Positions 31,361 through 34,051 of a DNA stretch of 34,051 bases are shown here, piece after piece. The DNA is from Chloroflexi bacterium RBG_13_51_18 (GTDB taxonomy: Bacteria; Chloroflexota; Dehalococcoidia; Dehalococcoidales; RBG-16-60-22). Position 1 is the stretch's first letter. Every line of letters begins with the position of its first letter. The stretch covers positions 1 through 34,051 of the forward strand of contig MGMR01000111.1 in the NCBI GenBank assembly GCA_001796495.1, in the 5' to 3' direction. Under the pieces are notes generated by a model, which was not told the DNA's origin, did not search any database, and saw only the letters and a program-made list of their open reading frames with translations. Position numbers and translations under genes: made by a program.

Positions 31361-34051
31361 ATGCGTATTTTCCTGCGTATTGCGGCTCTATTCTGGAAAC
31401 AGCGGCGTCTGGCTGTCCTCACCTACGCCTGCCTCTTTGCCGGGGCGGCGTTTTCCATGTTTATTCCCAATCTGACCGGCCGCGCTATCGATACCGCCCT
31501 GGGCTCCGGTCAGGCTTCCTTGCTGGTATTTTTAGCGCTGGGTATTGCCGGCGCCGGCATATTGCGCGGCGCCCTGAACTACGGACAGACCTACCTCGCG
31601 GAAGCCCTTTCCCAGAGGGTGGCCTACGACCTGCGCAACATGATGTATAACCGACTCCAGACGCTTTCTTATGCCTTCCATGACCGCTCCCAGACCGGCC
31701 AGCTGATGAGCCGCGCCACCTCTGATGTTGAAGGTATACGTATGTTCGTTGGTTTTGCCCTGCTGCGCGGCGTTTATTTCCTCGTCCTGCTGGTGGCTAT
31801 CACCGTTGTGCTTCTCACTATCAACTGGCAGCTGGCGCTCATCAGCCTGTGCACATTGCCCTTTATCTCCTACCGCGCCGTCGTTATCGGCGATAAACTG
31901 CGCGTTTTCTTCATGAAAATTCAGCAGGGAATCGGTGTGCTAGGCACTTTCATCCAGGAAAGCATCGTCGGCGCCAAGGTGGTGCGCGCCTTCGCCCGCG
32001 AGGACTACGAGACGGAAAAATTCCTCAAGCAGGCTAAGGAAAACTATAACCTGGAAATTAAAATCAGCAAGCTGCTGGCCATCAACAGCCCGGTGATGAG
32101 CTTCGCCCTCTATTTCGCCATGGCGGGCATCCTCTGGTACGGCGGCCGCCTGGTCATAAACGGCGACCTGACCCAGGGACAGATGGCGGAGTTCCTCCTA
32201 TACGTGGTCATGCTCAATATGCCGATTAGGATGCTGGGCTGGCTGACGCAGCTCTATTCGCGGGCGATGTCATCCGGCCAGCGTGTCTTTGAAGTCCTCG
32301 ATGCGCCGACGGGTGTCGAGGAAAAACCCGAATCTATAGACCTCCCCGCAGTCAAGGGCGCCGTCGGCTTTGATAACGTCTCCTTCAGCTACGATGCCCG
32401 GCAGCCGGCCCTGGAGCAAATCACTTTCGATGTCAAGCCGGGGCAGGTAGTCGCCCTCGTGGGCGCCAGCGGCAGCGGCAAGTCCACCGTCGCCAACCTT
32501 ATCCCCCGGTTTTACGATGTTACGTCAGGCCGCATTACCATCGACGGCAAGGATATCCGCGACCTTTCTTTAGAGTCGCTGCGCCGCAGCGTGGGAATCG
32601 TGCACCAGGACACCTTCCTCTTTTCCGCGACTATCCGCGAGAATATCAGCTACGGCCGGCCCGGCGCTACTTTAGATGAAATCAAACACGCGGCGAAAAT
32701 CGCCCGCCTGCACGACTTCGTGATGAGCCTGCCGGAGGGCTATGATACATGGGTAGGGGAGCGGGGCATTACGCTTTCCGGCGGACAGAAGCAGCGGCTG
32801 GCTATCGCCCGCACCCTCCTCCTTAATCCCCGTATCGTCATCATGGACGATGCCACCTCCAGCGTGGATATGGAGACCGAGCACCGGATAAGGCAGGCTT
32901 TAAAATCGTTGCTGGCCGGTCGTACCACCTTTATCATCGCCCAGCGCCTGCGCTCCGTCCAGATGGCCGACCTTATTTTAGTGCTGGAGAACGGTCGTAT
33001 CGTTGAAAGGGGCGCCCATAAAGAACTCATCGAGCGGGGCGGCTATTATAACCGGCTCTATAATCTGCAATTCCAGTACCAGGAAGGCTGGCAAACCGGG
33101 ATGGAAGAAGAACCCGCCCCGGAAGAAACAGTGGAAACGGAGTCGCTGCCCGTTGCGGAAGGCCTTATAATACCGGTGGCCAACAAGACGCGCACCCGCA
33201 GCAGCCTTTCCGACTCTGATGATATAGTTTTCGGTAAGCCTTATGATTCACGCATCATCGCCCGCATGGCAAAATACTTCGCTCCCCACAAGGTTGCCGT
33301 TATTTTAACTATTTTAGCTACGCTACTCTACACCGGCACTATCGTCGCCAGTCCCTACCTGGTGGCGCTGGCCATCAATCAATACGTTGTAGCGGGGGAC
33401 ATATCCGGCCTCAACTTCGTTATCATGTTATTCATCGGCAACGCTATTATCAACCTGACGGCCTACTGGGGACAGATTCGGGCGGAGGCGGTTATCGGGC
33501 AGGGCATCCTGCTCCGACTGCGACGACAGGTCTTCAGCCATCTACAGCGCCTCTCCATCAGCTTCTTCGACCATAATGAGGCGGGGCGTATTATGTCCCG
33601 CGCCCAGGATGATGTGGGTGAACTGGGCGACTTCCTGGACTCCGGCGCTTTCTGGGTGGTGGGGGAGGTCGTCAGCCTTATCGCTATCGTCGTCGTCATG
33701 CTGACGATGAACCTCACCCTGGCTGTAATTTCACTAGCGGTGGTGCCCTTCCTCTTCTGGTTCATCGTCGTCTGGCAGAAGAAAGCCCGCCGGTCTTTTA
33801 TACACGCCCGCCAGAAGCTTTCCGCAGTCAACGCCTCGCTGCAGGAAAATATTACCGGCATCCGCATTATCCAGAGCCTTTCCCGCGAGAAGATAAACTC
33901 GGAGCATTTCGACCGCGTAAATAAGGAAAACCTGGACGCCAACCTGCGTGCCGCCCGCCACTCCGCGGTGATGATGCCCGTTATGGAGACCCTGGTGTCG
34001 ATAGCCACGGCGCTGACTATCGTCTTTGGCGGCCTGAACGTTATCAACGGC
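31361..34051 (+). CDS. Fused ABC exporter (TMD-NBD-linker-TMD..., 3-prime partial), type-I exporter fold, MdlB/MsbA-like halves
   Basis: My manual translation from ATG 31361 finds no stop codon up to the window end, about 897 codons. That explains why the ORF is absent from the stop-delimited track. Half 1 has a six-TM-type domain, Walker A GASGSGKST, signature LSGGQKQR, Walker B IVIMDD and H-loop IIAQRL. After a linker of about 45 aa (EEEPAPEETVETES...), a second TMD begins (GKPYDSRIIARMAKYFAPHK...). Confidence 0.85.
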   Translation, partial: MRIFLRIAALFWKQRRLAVLTYACLFAGAAFSMFIPNLTGRAIDTALGSGQASLLVFLALGIAGAGILRGALNYGQTYLAEALSQRVAYDLRNMMYNRLQTLSYAFHDRSQTGQLMSRATSDVEGIRMFVGFALLRGVYFLVLLVAITVVLLTINWQLALISLCTLPFISYRAVVIGDKLRVFFMKIQQGIGVLGTFIQESIVGAKVVRAFAREDYETEKFLKQAKENYNLEIKISKLLAINSPVMSFALYFAMAGILWYGGRLVINGDLTQGQMAEFLLYVVMLNMPIRMLGWLTQLYSRAMSSGQRVFEVLDAPTGVEEKPESIDLPAVKGAVGFDNVSFSYDARQPALEQITFDVKPGQVVALVGASGSGKSTVANLIPRFYDVTSGRITIDGKDIRDLSLESLRRSVGIVHQDTFLFSATIRENISYGRPGATLDEIKHAAKIARLHDFVMSLPEGYDTWVGERGITLSGGQKQRLAIARTLLLNPRIVIMDDATSSVDMETEHRIRQALKSLLAGRTTFIIAQRLRSVQMADLILVLENGRIVERGAHKELIERGGYYNRLYNLQFQYQEGWQTGMEEEPAPEETVETESLPVAEGLIIPVANKTRTRSSLSDSDDIVFGKPYDSRIIARMAKYFAPHKVAVILTILATLLYTGTIVASPYLVALAINQYVVAGDISGLNFVIMLFIGNAIINLTAYWGQIRAEAVIGQGILLRLRRQVFSHLQRLSISFFDHNEAGRIMSRAQDDVGELGDFLDSGAFWVVGEVVSLIAIVVVMLTMNLTLAVISLAVVPFLFWFIVVWQKKARRSFIHARQKLSAVNASLQENITGIRIIQSLSREKINSEHFDRVNKENLDANLRAARHSAVMMPVMETLVSIATALTIVFGGLNVING

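Noticed and set aside
33463-34047. 194-aa minus-strand ORF, and similar long antisense ORFs such as 12836..13402, 9318..9761, 1300..1812, 14878..15282 and 30883..31266
   Set aside because: All lie entirely inside, and antisense to, ORFs with strong family-specific motifs. Their translations are low-complexity and Arg/Ser/Pro-rich, as expected for shadow frames in GC-rich coding DNA.
1-34051. Defence systems, toxin-antitoxin pairs, prophage or transposon remnants
   Set aside because: No ORF shows nuclease, helicase, methylase, integrase or transposase hallmarks or a small paired-ORF architecture. Apart from the 12286..12387 palindrome, no long inverted terminal repeats were seen.

Overview
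This is a gene-dense 34-kb chromosomal segment, about 90% coding, that looks like it comes from an anaerobic bacterium. That reading rests on the many Fe-S, flavin and corrinoid proteins and the strong AGGAGG-type ribosome-binding sites. A Chloroflexota/Dehalococcoidia-like origin is only a guess.

I found no rRNA, CRISPR array, transposase, integrase, prophage or recognisable defence genes.

Layout, left to right:
- (1) tRNA-Val(CAC) on the minus strand.
- (2) A plus-strand operon: etfB (no etfA), an atypical acyl-CoA-dehydrogenase-fold protein, a GlcD-like FAD oxidase, a GlcF/HdrD-like CCG Fe-S protein and a divergent UDG-fold protein.
- (3) A LysR regulator, divergent from a corrinoid protein plus a URO-D-family methyltransferase.
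- (4) A redox-rich block: SDRs, an AprA/AprB-like flavoprotein plus ferredoxin pair, an SDR / ATC-hydrolase-like / MmgE-PrpD operon, and a fumarate-reductase-like flavoenzyme preceded by a multi-cluster GltD-like NAD(P)H module.
- (5) A five-gene Liv-type (HAAT) ABC importer.
- (6) An AT-rich control region and a small double zinc-ribbon protein gene whose SD and start codon sit in a perfect 10-bp hairpin.
- (7) An SDR, an Isf-like flavoprotein, an internally duplicated bicupin, and MarR plus a second URO-D methyltransferase paralogue.
- (8) A 367-bp AT-rich non-coding gap with degenerate repeats and a weak cobalamin-riboswitch-like segment.
- (9) A terpenoid-cyclase/prenyltransferase-fold protein.
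- (10) A long ORF absent from the supplied track because it has no stop inside the window. It is a fused TMD-NBD-TMD ABC exporter whose first NBD is degenerate.

The best candidate for an undescribed system is the 5.7-24.6 kb island. It combines uptake, a corrinoid methyltransferase and several electron-transfer modules, and I cannot match the combination to a named pathway. All functional calls come from reading motifs by eye; no database search was run.
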